DNA from: Escherichia phage PhaxI
Sequence record: JN673056
Length of the DNA stretch: 64,000 nucleotides
Strand: one strand, 5' to 3'
In this document: positions 1 to 9,498 of the stretch, piece by piece
Layout of the letters: every line of letters begins with the position of its first letter
Position numbering within the stretch: position 1 is the stretch's first letter
Notes under the pieces: generated by a model
Told to the model about the DNA's origin: nothing
The model's input: only the letters and a program-made list of their open reading frames with translations
Databases searched by the model: none
Translations under genes and position numbers: made by a program

Positions 1-45
1 TTTGGATCTCAGACATCACTAATTTCCCCCAATATTATGGAGTAT

Positions 46-819
46 TTAGCGATCCGCCCAGATTCCTTTCTGTTCTTTATCCATTTTGTGATACAGGCGA
101 ACACGATCAAACATTTTAGAAATAACGTCTTTGCGATCGAATTCGATTATGGTGGGAACAAGGGCATTTTCGTTGGATATAATATTGATTAAACGCTCTA
201 TCTTAACATTAAACATCTGTTGAAACATGACTGAGTATAGGCACAATTGAATACTATAATCTTCTATCATGCTTCGAGTTTTCAGGGTGTTGGATGTTTT
301 GAAATCGATTATGCTAGGGATTCCCTCGTAAACGCCGATGAGGTCAACACGACCAGCAAGACCCAGGACTTCGCTATATAACGGAATCTCCTGTGCGTAT
401 ATCTTGCTCATTTTGTTCAGGTAGGGGAAGACCTGTTTAAACATAAACACGTATTCCCCTGCGGCTTCTAACACTTCCTTCATCGGCCTGTTTTTGAGAT
501 ACAACTCACAAGCCAAATGAAGTTTTTCCCCACGGTCTGCGCAACGATGTGTTTCTATATCAGCAGCTTCATGTCCCAACTTGTCCCGCCAGGCTTCTAA
601 CCATGTGTGGTCACCAGTACGCCCTAACATGGTCGTCACTGAAGTCAGTTTGACTCCAGTGGGAGAAACATAGTGACGACCATTTTCGGTAGTTACGCAA
701 GTCAGTTCCTTAAACGGCAAGGAATATTGCTGAAATGTATGATGACGATTTTCAAAGTCATTAAGTTTGCGCAAAGCCTGTAGAGAAACCATTACATCCC
801 ATCCAAATATTTTCGCCAA
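46..819 (-). CDS. PD-(D/E)xK nuclease-fold protein, possibly gp2-like DNA end protector
   Basis: 257-aa ORF; D...(I)DFK motif near C-terminus; overlaps the next gene as gp2/gp4 do in T4; position next to the head/tail module. Confidence 0.3.
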   Translation of the reverse strand: MAKIFGWDVMVSLQALRKLNDFENRHHTFQQYSLPFKELTCVTTENGRHYVSPTGVKLTSVTTMLGRTGDHTWLEAWRDKLGHEAADIETHRCADRGEKLHLACELYLKNRPMKEVLEAAGEYVFMFKQVFPYLNKMSKIYAQEIPLYSEVLGLAGRVDLIGVYEGIPSIIDFKTSNTLKTRSMIEDYSIQLCLYSVMFQQMFNVKIERLINIISNENALVPTIIEFDRKDVISKMFDRVRLYHKMDKEQKGIWADR

Positions 820-1247
820 TCAATAGCATTCTTCACTTCATATCCGAGTTTGTTCAAACGATCTAAGCAACTTTCGATAAACTTGACTTTGGCTTTCTGC
901 TCCTGAAGCATGCTAGACAATTCGATATAATCATTATCTGCCTTTACCCATACGTCTATATCAGATTTCAGGGGTTTAACTTTTAATGGGCGTTCAACAT
1001 AAACATTGGGCGGCAATTCCCCTGCATAAAATCGGCGTAAATAAAGATCTATTCGGCGGAATTTGCCAGTTAGATACTCAAGATATCTTCCTTCCCGAAT
1101 ATAATGGCGTTGCACAGTCATCCACGAACGACCAATTTTCAATGACATTTGGTCTAAGTTCATGTCTTCAGGATTTACCGAAATAAGAGGATCCAATTCT
1201 GCCATTATATCTTCGGTTTTCATCGTTTCAAGTTTTGTTTCGCTCAT
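792..1247 (-). CDS. hypothetical protein; size and position consistent with gp4-like head completion protein
   Basis: 151-aa ORF overlapping the upstream gene; T4 gp4 is about 150 aa; synteny only. Confidence 0.25.
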   Translation of the reverse strand: MSETKLETMKTEDIMAELDPLISVNPEDMNLDQMSLKIGRSWMTVQRHYIREGRYLEYLTGKFRRIDLYLRRFYAGELPPNVYVERPLKVKPLKSDIDVWVKADNDYIELSSMLQEQKAKVKFIESCLDRLNKLGYEVKNAIDWRKYLDGM

Positions 1248-1285
1248 GATTTATTCCCTGCTGTTTCAACTCTCTGTATTATAAC

Positions 1286-1783
1286 TTATTGTTTATCAAT
1301 TTCGCGGGTGACGCGAGTCGGAGTCAGTTTCAAATATTTGAACGTAACAGTCGTGACCAGTTGGGGAACCGCAGCATCCACATCCACCAATACGTTGTCC
1401 AAAGCTGTGGGACGGGCTTCTTCCAACAACAATTGTAGACCAATAGGTCGATTCATGTTATCAAGAAGGTCGATGGTGATGTCGCGGCTGACAGCTAAAT
1501 CAGATCCAGCATTGGACGCAATCCAATTGTAAATCTGTTCCCAGTTGTACCAACTCTCATCGATAACGAACGTAAATACGATGGGGTCATACGTGAGACG
1601 TTCTGAAGGTATAGAGTTTAGGACATCGCCAGGGGATGGGCCTTCGATACCTTCAGAATACACGCCAGGGATACTGAAGTCATGTATCGAACGGGTTAAC
1701 AGCACCAGGTCTCCGATAGTTAAGCGCCATTTATCGGAAGCCGCGAAATTAGGATTTTCGTTTTTGAATTGTACACCTGTCAT
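1286..1783 (-). CDS. hypothetical virion-associated protein
   Basis: 165-aa ORF in the minus-strand structural block. Confidence 0.35.
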   Translation of the reverse strand: MTGVQFKNENPNFAASDKWRLTIGDLVLLTRSIHDFSIPGVYSEGIEGPSPGDVLNSIPSERLTYDPIVFTFVIDESWYNWEQIYNWIASNAGSDLAVSRDITIDLLDNMNRPIGLQLLLEEARPTALDNVLVDVDAAVPQLVTTVTFKYLKLTPTRVTREIDKQ

Positions 1784-1846
1784 GTTAGCACCTTTGCTGT
1801 GGAGAACGTTTTAGTGTTCCTGATACGTGGATTCAGAAAATGGATC

Positions 1847-2467
1847 ATGACGATGATAATGGTTCTTGTACTTACAAGCTGCCGTATCTTTGTCACGTCC
1901 GTCATTTCTGTCACCGATCTTTGGGATCCTGAAATCAGAACTATACCAGTCAATATTTCTGCTGATGTCGACAAATGTAATAAAAAGTTACTGAATCAAG
2001 TTGTGGCAGACTTCCAGAATTTCCAAACCATACAAGTCGTCGGTTGTTTTTATGATAACAACCAGGCGTTGAGACCGTACTGGAAAACCACGATCCCTCT
2101 ATTGAGGAAAGGTGATGAGGGAAAAATCCCTTATCTGTCTGCCAGTATTTACTACTCACAAAACAACAGCATCATAGCCACATTCAATCCATCTTTCTTT
2201 GAAAAATTGAGGAGATATACAACAGCAAGAAATGTGGAATTGACAATGGATATCACGATATCTTTTCAGATAATTAACAACACAAAAACGCCTATTCGGA
2301 TTGCTACTCAAGGCGTTTTTGTGAATGGGTCTGCTGTTGGAAACGAGATGAACATCTATGAGATAAGGCCAGGGGGTAAGGTTTGGATTCGCCTGAGCGA
2401 TGTTGGAGTGGACTCCCTGATGATCGAAGGCATCGAACCAGTGGGAGTCCTCCCTGCTCGTCATTGA
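1847..2467 (+). CDS. hypothetical protein with N-terminal hydrophobic segment
   Basis: ORF track 1769-2467 starts at TTG; internal ATG at 1847 (residue 27) precedes a hydrophobic stretch MTMIMVLVLTSC; convergent with flanking minus genes. Confidence 0.4.
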   Translation: MTMIMVLVLTSCRIFVTSVISVTDLWDPEIRTIPVNISADVDKCNKKLLNQVVADFQNFQTIQVVGCFYDNNQALRPYWKTTIPLLRKGDEGKIPYLSASIYYSQNNSIIATFNPSFFEKLRRYTTARNVELTMDITISFQIINNTKTPIRIATQGVFVNGSAVGNEMNIYEIRPGGKVWIRLSDVGVDSLMIEGIEPVGVLPARH

Positions 2468-2468
2468 T

Positions 2469-3197
2469 TTATTTCAGGGATTCTTTTAATGCTGGAGTCC
2501 CTATTTTGTCAATAACACCTCCGGCGCACAGATCTTTAGCCCATTCCGCGAGCACGTTAGCAAAAGAGAAATTCAAGCACTCTTTGATCATACTTTCAAT
2601 ATGAGCAAGTTCTGCAGCTATCCCATCGGTGATATCGTTTATAACTCCATTGACGGCGGTTATTGCCTCATTGATATGTCCTGTTACTTCAGCAGCCAAT
2701 TGCTGTAGTTTTGCCATCCCTTCTGAGGCACCTTCCATAATCATGTCATACAATTCCGATATCTTGTTAGTCACAGTCTGGAGAGCGCCTTCCATAGCAT
2801 TCAGCCATTGGCGTCCTAAATCCTGAACAACACCAAAAGCCTTGTTGATCAGATCACAATTGTTTGGTTCCCGTGATATACTTTTCAAACCTGATTTATA
2901 TGAAACGGAAGTCCCAATTCTTGAATACGCTTCATTTACACTCTGGTCGCCATATGTGTTCAGTGTCGTTATCCCCGTGTTGGCAGAGCTATACATGTTT
3001 GTGGCTGCTGTAAGTTTATCTGGTGTTAATCCACCTGCTGACATAGCCACCTGCATCTCCGGAGTCGCGTTGGCAGTTATCAATGGTATATTGGTACTAC
3101 CACTGGTGATTAAATCCTGTGAGGGACCGGAGAGGGACGGAAGCGGGTTGCTAAATGCATTACCAGAGGAAAGGACATCGTAGATTTGTGCGTTCAT
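2469..3197 (-). CDS. hypothetical protein
   Basis: 242-aa ORF; ATG start; late-promoter-like palindrome immediately upstream (3198-3228). Confidence 0.5.
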   Translation of the reverse strand: MNAQIYDVLSSGNAFSNPLPSLSGPSQDLITSGSTNIPLITANATPEMQVAMSAGGLTPDKLTAATNMYSSANTGITTLNTYGDQSVNEAYSRIGTSVSYKSGLKSISREPNNCDLINKAFGVVQDLGRQWLNAMEGALQTVTNKISELYDMIMEGASEGMAKLQQLAAEVTGHINEAITAVNGVINDITDGIAAELAHIESMIKECLNFSFANVLAEWAKDLCAGGVIDKIGTPALKESLK

Positions 3198-3227
3198 AAA
3201 AATACCCCCAATTTTGGGGGTATTTAA

Positions 3228-3422
3228 TCATGGTAGATGATAAATAAAGTTTTCCGAGAACTTTTTGGCAAACTTCTTCAGAAAGATGAATTTGGGGTCA
3301 CGTGGGATACCCTTCATGTCATCTAAAGTAATAAAACAGATGCGCGCCATGAAGTACATGGTAAATGCGACACAAAGCACCAACAGTATTTGTAACATGG
3401 TATAACTCCTCATGGGTGGCAA
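3228..3422 (-). CDS. small hydrophobic protein
   Basis: 64-aa ORF with a predicted transmembrane stretch. Confidence 0.3.
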   Translation of the reverse strand: MPPMRSYTMLQILLVLCVAFTMYFMARICFITLDDMKGIPRDPKFIFLKKFAKKFSENFIYHLP

Positions 3423-3428
3423 ATTTAT

Positions 3429-3896
3429 TTATAACAATCGTTTGGTTTTGGGTTTGCCCATGAGAGTGATATTGACATTTATTCCCGCTTTCTTCATGCG
3501 CTTGATCATGTCTTGCGTCCCAGTAGACGAACCATCCCATAATGCAATTCCAAAGACCCTCAAGATCTTTTTGCTTTGCCACGATAGAGCATTGTCAGCA
3601 TATCTTGGGTTGCGTTGATTCCCTGCGCTTTCCCATAATAATGTATGGTAATTCTTAGGAATTGCCATCGGGGTGATATGGACATAATTGATTTCACACC
3701 AATCACGGGATATCAGGTCGACACCCACCGCTTCGCCTTCTATAAAAGTTTCGATCTCGTGCGGATCTAACAGTTCATCCAGTTTGGTGAATATTTTGTC
3801 CCGTTCGGTTATAGAACGGGAACCCGTTATAAGAACGATATACTTCTTCATAGAACTCACAGCGCCCCAAGATTGCTGATGACGTACAGGCTGCAT
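3429..3896 (-). CDS. Rossmann-like protein with DprA/SLOG-like motifs
   Basis: 155-aa ORF; motifs ITGSRS and WDGSSTGT resemble DprA/SLOG-family nucleotide-binding folds; assignment by motif only. Confidence 0.35.
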   Translation of the reverse strand: MQPVRHQQSWGAVSSMKKYIVLITGSRSITERDKIFTKLDELLDPHEIETFIEGEAVGVDLISRDWCEINYVHITPMAIPKNYHTLLWESAGNQRNPRYADNALSWQSKKILRVFGIALWDGSSTGTQDMIKRMKKAGINVNITLMGKPKTKRLL

Positions 3897-4216
3897 AGCG
3901 GGGTTCCTGACGAACGCGGTTCTATGTTCATCCCTGATAGGCGGATCAGTTCCAGCAAACCGTCGGTGGTCTGATACGCTCGAGTCGAACCGTTCGGACG
4001 ATATAGCTCCAACTCGGTTCGCCCTTCCTTTAATGCGTTGCGGATACGGGTAAAGACACTATGTTCTTGATATTTTTGGCGCAGAAGATCCAAGCGTGTG
4101 ATGACGTTGCGACTACGGGTGCGCCGCCGAGGTGAAGAAACAACCAATTTCATTTCCGGTGATTTACAAGCCATGTTGTAGTCCTCTATTTGTAGGGGAG
4201 GGTATGCGTTTAACAT
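3857..4216 (-). CDS. hypothetical protein
   Basis: 119-aa ORF; start uncertain. Confidence 0.3.
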   Translation of the reverse strand: MLNAYPPLQIEDYNMACKSPEMKLVVSSPRRRTRSRNVITRLDLLRQKYQEHSVFTRIRNALKEGRTELELYRPNGSTRAYQTTDGLLELIRLSGMNIEPRSSGTPLCSLYVISNLGAL

Positions 4217-4241
4217 ACCCCATTCAATGTTTTAGAACAAA

Positions 4242-4706
4242 TTACAGATCCTGACATTGATCACAATAATCGTCATATGTGAAAGTTTCATCACATAACC
4301 CGTCGCGGATCATATCCGCTTTGGCTTCACCAAACCTTTTTAACGTGATGACATTGCCGTCCAGATCGGTGCGCAGCGTCGTGGGCTTATTCTCAACGAA
4401 ATCAAATACAACGAAGAAACCGTCAGTAATATATTTCACGGTTTTATTGGCTAGTTTGCGCATTTGTCCGTTCTTTTTAAAGATTGAAATGCGTAAGTTT
4501 TCAAATTCAGAAATATTGTCATCATGGTTTTTCAGAGCGCTCAACATTTCGTCGAGTTCAACTTCAGGGCGAAACATCTTAACTTTGTCTTCACGGTCAT
4601 ATGAAATAGATGATTGTATATCAGAAATTCCAAATCCATTTTTAACGAATGCGTCGAATTTGCTGAAATTGTTGAATGCCCAGACGGAGATTTTTACGAT
4701 TGCCAT
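4242..4706 (-). CDS. hypothetical protein
   Basis: 154-aa ORF; preceded on minus strand by GTTTAC-N17-TATACT promoter-like element. Confidence 0.5.
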   Translation of the reverse strand: MAIVKISVWAFNNFSKFDAFVKNGFGISDIQSSISYDREDKVKMFRPEVELDEMLSALKNHDDNISEFENLRISIFKKNGQMRKLANKTVKYITDGFFVVFDFVENKPTTLRTDLDGNVITLKRFGEAKADMIRDGLCDETFTYDDYCDQCQDL

Positions 4707-4755
4707 GATGTATGTCCTTCATTTCAGAGTCAGTGTTGTGCTGCTTATGGAATGA

Positions 4756-4784
4756 AGTATACGGGGTTTATTGAAGAAGTAAAC
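4756..4784 (-). promoter_or_regulatory. sigma70/T4-early-like promoter GTTTAC-N17-TATACT
   Basis: On minus strand GTTTAC then 17 nt then TATACT, about 45 nt upstream of the ATG at 4706. Confidence 0.4.
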
Positions 4785-4820
4785 CCCGTTTATTGAAGAA
4801 GTAAACCCCGTTTATTGAAT
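4766..4820. repeat. tandem direct repeat, 22 bp x about 2.5 copies (GTTTATTGAAGAAGTAAACCCC)
   Basis: Two exact units at 4766-4787 and 4788-4809 plus a partial third; each unit is itself an imperfect palindrome and carries the GTTTAC -35-like hexamer on the minus strand. Confidence 0.7.
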
Positions 4821-4831
4821 AAATTTAAAAA

Positions 4832-5068
4832 TTATTTGAAGCGATCCGGAAGGGTGTCGTGAACCTCGGCGCTCAGCACCAGGAACTTGCCGTCTTTAGT
4901 AGGGAAGCAGTAATCTTTCTTGATATGAAGCATGTGTTCAGCTGTAGCTGCTACGCAGTCGTCAGTCACATCAGTCTTCTCACCGACCCACATGCTGGTC
5001 TTGGTGTTCAAAGTTCCCTGGAAGATTGTCCCCGTGAGGGGGCTTGCGCCGATCTTTTTGATCCTCAT
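4832..5068 (-). CDS. hypothetical small protein
   Basis: 78-aa ORF. Confidence 0.35.
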   Translation of the reverse strand: MRIKKIGASPLTGTIFQGTLNTKTSMWVGEKTDVTDDCVAATAEHMLHIKKDYCFPTKDGKFLVLSAEVHDTLPDRFK

Positions 5069-5076
5069 AATTGACC

Positions 5077-5517
5077 TCAGTTAATACGGAACAAATGTGG
5101 ATAGCCACCAGGATGACCCTGGCCAGTAACGAACACGTCGAATTTTGAACCCTTGATCAGGCCAGGCAGATTGCCGGAGTCCAGCAATTCACGGATCTGA
5201 TCCATCGCCAACATCCAGGTTTTGGCAGGTTCGGCTTCTGCTTCTCCTCGATTGAGTACGAGTTCACCTTCGGAATAGAACTTCCCGCTGTCCTTCATAT
5301 AGTACAACGTGATATGAATGTACTGAGGGGACGGAACTAAACGCCAACCGTCGTCGATCAGATCTTGGCGATCATTGTCCAGTGACTGATAATCAATATC
5401 ACCAGATGGCAAACCATAGCTGCGCATGTAGCGGAACTTCTCAACACGATCTTTCACGTCGGAGATGAAGAACTCCTTCGTAGCGGGGCTGATGAATATG
5501 TATTTTTCTTTTGACAT
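5077..5517 (-). CDS. hypothetical protein
   Basis: 146-aa ORF. Confidence 0.5.
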   Translation of the reverse strand: MSKEKYIFISPATKEFFISDVKDRVEKFRYMRSYGLPSGDIDYQSLDNDRQDLIDDGWRLVPSPQYIHITLYYMKDSGKFYSEGELVLNRGEAEAEPAKTWMLAMDQIRELLDSGNLPGLIKGSKFDVFVTGQGHPGGYPHLFRIN

Positions 5518-5577
5518 AATATAGATCTCTCAGTGATAGACAATATCATGATAGCACTGAGGGTAGATAAAGAAAAA

Positions 5578-5895
5578 CTACATGAAATCTTTTACCCATT
5601 CAGGGTCTTCCATAGGAACCCAATTTTCGTATTTGAACATTTTGTACATGTTATAGAACACTCGAATATTATTCCCGTCGTTCATCCGGTTACAAAATCG
5701 TTCATGCCCCCAACCTTCATTCTTCCATAATTGATAGAATTGGTCAGCCATAGCCCAAACGTGTTGTAATGGTTTGGCTCTATTCGTTTGCCAAATGCTC
5801 AGAGAAGAGTTTCTTACTTTATTGGTGGCTGATACCTTTTCCCCAAATCCAGCGGGCTTCTTACGTCCTCTCAGGGAATCTGAAATGGAAGCCAA
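5578..5895 (-). CDS. hypothetical protein; possible C-terminal part of a disrupted homing endonuclease
   Basis: 105-aa ORF; GRKKPAGFGEK segment resembles NUMOD-type DNA-binding motifs; different frame from the ORF at 6027-6425. Confidence 0.3.
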   Translation of the reverse strand: MASISDSLRGRKKPAGFGEKVSATNKVRNSSLSIWQTNRAKPLQHVWAMADQFYQLWKNEGWGHERFCNRMNDGNNIRVFYNMYKMFKYENWVPMEDPEWVKDFM

Positions 5896-6026
5896 CTCTT
5901 CGGGAGTTTTTGTTCTATTCTTATTGGTTGTATTGATTTTGTTTCTTAATTGTTGGTACGCTTCTGTTTGTTGGAAAGCCTTGACACCATCCCTTTGTGC
6001 TTCAGACCAAGTGGTTCCTGTTTTCC

Positions 6027-6425
6027 CTAATTTAATTCTTTCTCTTGTCTCCTTTGTCCTCTTTTTACCTTTGTTTGACGAAGAAATTTTCTGTCGTACC
6101 TTTTCAGAAGGAGTGCCGTATGTGCCCAGATGGACAGGCGTCCCATCTTTACGACAAAGGAAATTGATTCAAACAACCCAGGAAACTTATGAGTCTTTGA
6201 TATTAATAATCCTTCTACGCGTAGAGCATCTTCAGGAGTTTCACATACCATAACAATCTTGGTTTCAAAGAATTCTAACCCATTTTCTTCTATCAAAGAT
6301 TTAACTGGGAAGGAAGAAGTGAAATATGTTGCCCACAAATCATCAGGATGGCAATCTTTGGAATAACGACATCCGTAATAGAAATGTCCTTGTTTAGATT
6401 TTATTCTGTACACATATGGGGTCAT
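6027..6425 (-). CDS. hypothetical protein; possible degenerate GIY-YIG-like N-terminal domain
   Basis: 132-aa ORF; N-terminus YVYRIKSKQGHFYYG loosely resembles the GIY...YIG motif; SD AAAGGAGA upstream. Confidence 0.35.
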   Translation of the reverse strand: MTPYVYRIKSKQGHFYYGCRYSKDCHPDDLWATYFTSSFPVKSLIEENGLEFFETKIVMVCETPEDALRVEGLLISKTHKFPGLFESISFVVKMGRLSIWAHTALLLKRYDRKFLRQTKVKRGQRRQEKELN

Positions 6426-6460
6426 AATGATCTCCTTTCTGAGTAATATAACCCCATATC

Positions 6461-6490
6461 TTAGAAAAGAAAACCCCGCACATGGCGGGG
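6461..6490 (-). terminator. rho-independent terminator downstream of the capsid gene
   Basis: GC hairpin CCCCGC-ACATG-GCGGGG followed on the minus strand by TTTTCTTTTC. Confidence 0.6.
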
Positions 6491-6522
6491 TTTGATTATA
6501 GCGTAAGTCTTTGTTTTAGCTA

Positions 6523-7845
6523 TTAAAACAGCGACTTTATCAGCCCCTTCCTGAAATACGGGTTGCTGTCTTGAGCAATACCGTCAGCAGTCACGTAAAC
6601 CTGCGGGTCTTGGTTAGCCGGAATCTGAACGAACGGGTTAGCACAGATGCCGTAACGGGTTTTGAACGCCATACGCGGAGCGAAGGTGGTTTCACCCTGG
6701 GTGCGGTACATTTCCAGCGGCACATACGGCGCGAAGAAGATACCGGCATCCAGCGCAGTTGCGCCTTTGTATGCCAGAGTGATATATTCTGCTACAGCAT
6801 ACGGGTCAACATAGACGCACATACCGTTGGACAGAACACCAGCGAAGGTCTGGCCAGTCGGGTCAACAGCCAGTTTAGTGTTTTCCTGCAGAACCGGAGC
6901 ATAGTCCAGCATGCCAGACATCGCCAGAGCGGATGCCACGTTCGGAGAACACAGAACACGGTTGCCTTTACCACGACGGGTGTCAACACCGATACCGTTC
7001 GCTTCAACTTCCAGCATGAAAGTCAGGAACTTCCATTTTTCCAGCGCCCAACGACCAGAGATGTCCTGCGCGATATCAACAACACCGTTGGTGCCGAATT
7101 TTTTGAAGCGAACAGCACTGAAGTTCATGGTACGGATGAATTCACGGTTCATTTCCGCCTGAATTTCAGTTACCATCACGTCAGACAGGATATTGTCCAC
7201 GTCTTCGCCGTGAATTGCCATCATATCCTGACGCAGTTCATGGCTGTAATCAGCATACAGGCCGCGAGACTTGGCAGTAACGGTCGCTTTCTGAACGGTG
7301 ATACCAACACGCGCCCACGGATTGGTGGTAGTACCCAGCAGTTCCGCGTCGGTTGACGGCATACCTTTACCGATAGTGGTCACGACAGAGCCGGAACCTT
7401 CGATCTCAGCCTGACTGAAGCCTGACGGGTCGCCAGCCTGCACAGTGCCATCACCAGAGTAGCCGGAATCGGCTTCCTGCATGAACAGTTCTTTACGCGC
7501 CTGAGCGGTAGTAGAACCGTCGCCAACGCCTTGGCGAGCACGCAGTGCGAAGATCTGACCATCAGGACCAGACAGCGGCTGAACGCCGAAGAAGTCCATC
7601 GCGATGTTGATCGGCGCCAGACGTTTTGCCATGTCGATCAGGACTGGCTGCCATTTACCGACAGTGCTGTTTACAGAACCAGGAGCGTCGGATTCGCCCA
7701 GGTTTTTAGCGTTCCACTCGGCCTGGTTTTGCATCAGACGGATGGTTACGTTTTCGGCAGACAGAGGTTGGATGGCTTCAGATTCTTTTTGGAGAACTGG
7801 CAGCCACTGTTTGCGCATTTCTTCGGTTACAAGTTTCTTAGTCAT
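6523..7845 (-). CDS. gp23: major capsid protein, T4 gp23-like
   Basis: 440 aa; IAMDFFGVQPLSGPDGQIFALRARQG matches the conserved T4 gp23 segment IAFDICGVQPMNSPTGQVFALRAV; C-terminal NPYFRKGLIKSLF also gp23-like; strong SD; terminator downstream. Confidence 0.85.
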   Translation of the reverse strand: MTKKLVTEEMRKQWLPVLQKESEAIQPLSAENVTIRLMQNQAEWNAKNLGESDAPGSVNSTVGKWQPVLIDMAKRLAPINIAMDFFGVQPLSGPDGQIFALRARQGVGDGSTTAQARKELFMQEADSGYSGDGTVQAGDPSGFSQAEIEGSGSVVTTIGKGMPSTDAELLGTTTNPWARVGITVQKATVTAKSRGLYADYSHELRQDMMAIHGEDVDNILSDVMVTEIQAEMNREFIRTMNFSAVRFKKFGTNGVVDIAQDISGRWALEKWKFLTFMLEVEANGIGVDTRRGKGNRVLCSPNVASALAMSGMLDYAPVLQENTKLAVDPTGQTFAGVLSNGMCVYVDPYAVAEYITLAYKGATALDAGIFFAPYVPLEMYRTQGETTFAPRMAFKTRYGICANPFVQIPANQDPQVYVTADGIAQDSNPYFRKGLIKSLF

Positions 7846-7936
7846 GATGCTCGTTCCTTACATTGATATTCAGTTAAGTTGAAATTACTTAGTAGTTCAA
7901 AATCAAGCCCCCTTTCGAGGGCTGTGGCTGCTAAAA

Positions 7937-8776
7937 TTAGCCGTTCAGCAAGGCGCTGATCTGGCGACGGACGGCTTCGTTGACTTCTTTGCCAACTTCG
8001 TCTTTGTCGTCGTCGTCTTTGTCGTCGCCAACATCATCACCTTCTTTTTTCTGTTTCTTACCTTCTTTGATGTCTTTTTCAGCCTTGTCACCATCCGGCT
8101 TACCCTTTTCATTGTCTTTACCGACTTTGTCAGAGAAGTCATCTTTACCTTCTACCAGATTACGGAAGGTGCGAACACGCGATTCGAATTCAGACTCGGT
8201 CTGGAATTCAATACCTTCCAGCAGGTTGACAACAGTGTCTTTCTTGGTGTCAACCATGCCTTCACAAATGCGATCAATTACGTCGGTGCGCTGGCGTTTA
8301 GTCTCGCTTTCTTTGAGTTGGCTCAACTCTGTATTAGCCATATTGGCGCGTTGTTCTGCTTCAGCAAGGCGACTGGTGAGGGCGGCAATCTGACCGTCTG
8401 GGTCAGTAGCGAAACTCACACCTGCTTCTTTCAGCACGTTGGAGAAACCAGTGAGGAAGCGTTCAGCAGCTTCAGTTTTGATCTGAGCGTCAATAGCTGG
8501 GGCATTTTTGTTAGCCCATTCTTCAACCACCGCGTTGAGGAATGAGTCAACTTTCCCAGCCAATTGCAGAATGAAATTTTCTTTCAGGTCGGCGATTTCT
8601 TTCTGGTGAGATTCTACCAAATTCAGGCGCTCGACGTTGCCAGCTGCTTCGGTTTCTTGGATAGCTTTCAGACGAGCCGCTTCAACTTTCGATTCCAGCA
8701 AATTGGATACTTTATCCAGGAAATCTGGGCTGATGCCGTTAACGCCTTCAAACAGATTTTGCAATTCAGGTTTCAT
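7937..8776 (-). CDS. prohead scaffold protein (gp22-like)
   Basis: 279 aa; highly charged, helix-rich, lysine/aspartate-rich tail; lies between protease and capsid genes as in T4. Confidence 0.55.
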   Translation of the reverse strand: MKPELQNLFEGVNGISPDFLDKVSNLLESKVEAARLKAIQETEAAGNVERLNLVESHQKEIADLKENFILQLAGKVDSFLNAVVEEWANKNAPAIDAQIKTEAAERFLTGFSNVLKEAGVSFATDPDGQIAALTSRLAEAEQRANMANTELSQLKESETKRQRTDVIDRICEGMVDTKKDTVVNLLEGIEFQTESEFESRVRTFRNLVEGKDDFSDKVGKDNEKGKPDGDKAEKDIKEGKKQKKEGDDVGDDKDDDDKDEVGKEVNEAVRRQISALLNG

Positions 8777-8804
8777 GATAGTTTCCTTCTGAACGATTTT
8801 TCAG

Positions 8805-8811
8805 TATTTAG
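8805..8811 (-). promoter_or_regulatory. late-promoter-like motif CTAAATAC
   Basis: About 30 nt upstream of the scaffold gene ATG. Confidence 0.4.
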
Positions 8812-8822
8812 TGAGCTGAAAT

Positions 8823-9491
8823 TCAGCCCAGATGATTCAATGCTGCATCAAGGCGGCGCAGGAAATCGTCTTCAACCTGGATATTGGTTTTCACCAACTG
8901 GTCTACAACTTTCCCTTTAACATCACGAGGCATCCAAATACCCGAAGCCTCATCAAGCTGCCATTCAACAGATTCACTCACAGCCTTAACATAACAAACT
9001 TGTCCAGAAGGACGGTCGACTGCATCAACAGCGGTGAGCATAAAGCCAGGTTGAACGTCATCATAACCGTTTACTGACTTGGTCTCACCCAGGCCACGTG
9101 TAGACACGGCCAGATTGAAGTCTGCTTCGGCCAATGCACGTATGATTTGGCCTTTTGGTGTATTTAAAATTCGCGCCCGACCGATGGCATTAGTGCCTTC
9201 CCAGCGAAGGGATTCGGTTTTGAGTGCAGCTTCCACCAGATTAGGGAAAGGATAGTCAGGATGTGTGACTTCACCGATTGCGCGACGATCTTGGATATAC
9301 TCTTTGTCGTATGCTTCGACAGCAGGAATACCCACTTTCTGCAGATCATAGTTACGCCCGTTACGGTTGACTTGGTTACACATCACAAACGGACCTTCGA
9401 TGAACATGGCCTTCCCACCAGTTGAGGTTGTGGCCTCACCGATTTGAAGATCCTTCCCTATCGCTGTGATCTCACGCAACAGTTTCATCAT
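8823..9491 (-). CDS. prohead protease (gp21-like)
   Basis: 222 aa; position between portal and scaffold genes (T4 order 20-21-22-23); synteny-based. Confidence 0.5.
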   Translation of the reverse strand: MMKLLREITAIGKDLQIGEATTSTGGKAMFIEGPFVMCNQVNRNGRNYDLQKVGIPAVEAYDKEYIQDRRAIGEVTHPDYPFPNLVEAALKTESLRWEGTNAIGRARILNTPKGQIIRALAEADFNLAVSTRGLGETKSVNGYDDVQPGFMLTAVDAVDRPSGQVCYVKAVSESVEWQLDEASGIWMPRDVKGKVVDQLVKTNIQVEDDFLRRLDAALNHLG

Positions 9492-9498
9492 AAACTCC

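Noticed and set aside
6571-7356. 261-aa plus-strand ORF (and several shorter ones) lying antisense inside the capsid gene
   Set aside because: Fully embedded opposite a well-supported gp23-like gene; Arg/His/Thr-rich composition typical of antisense translation; no SD or promoter.
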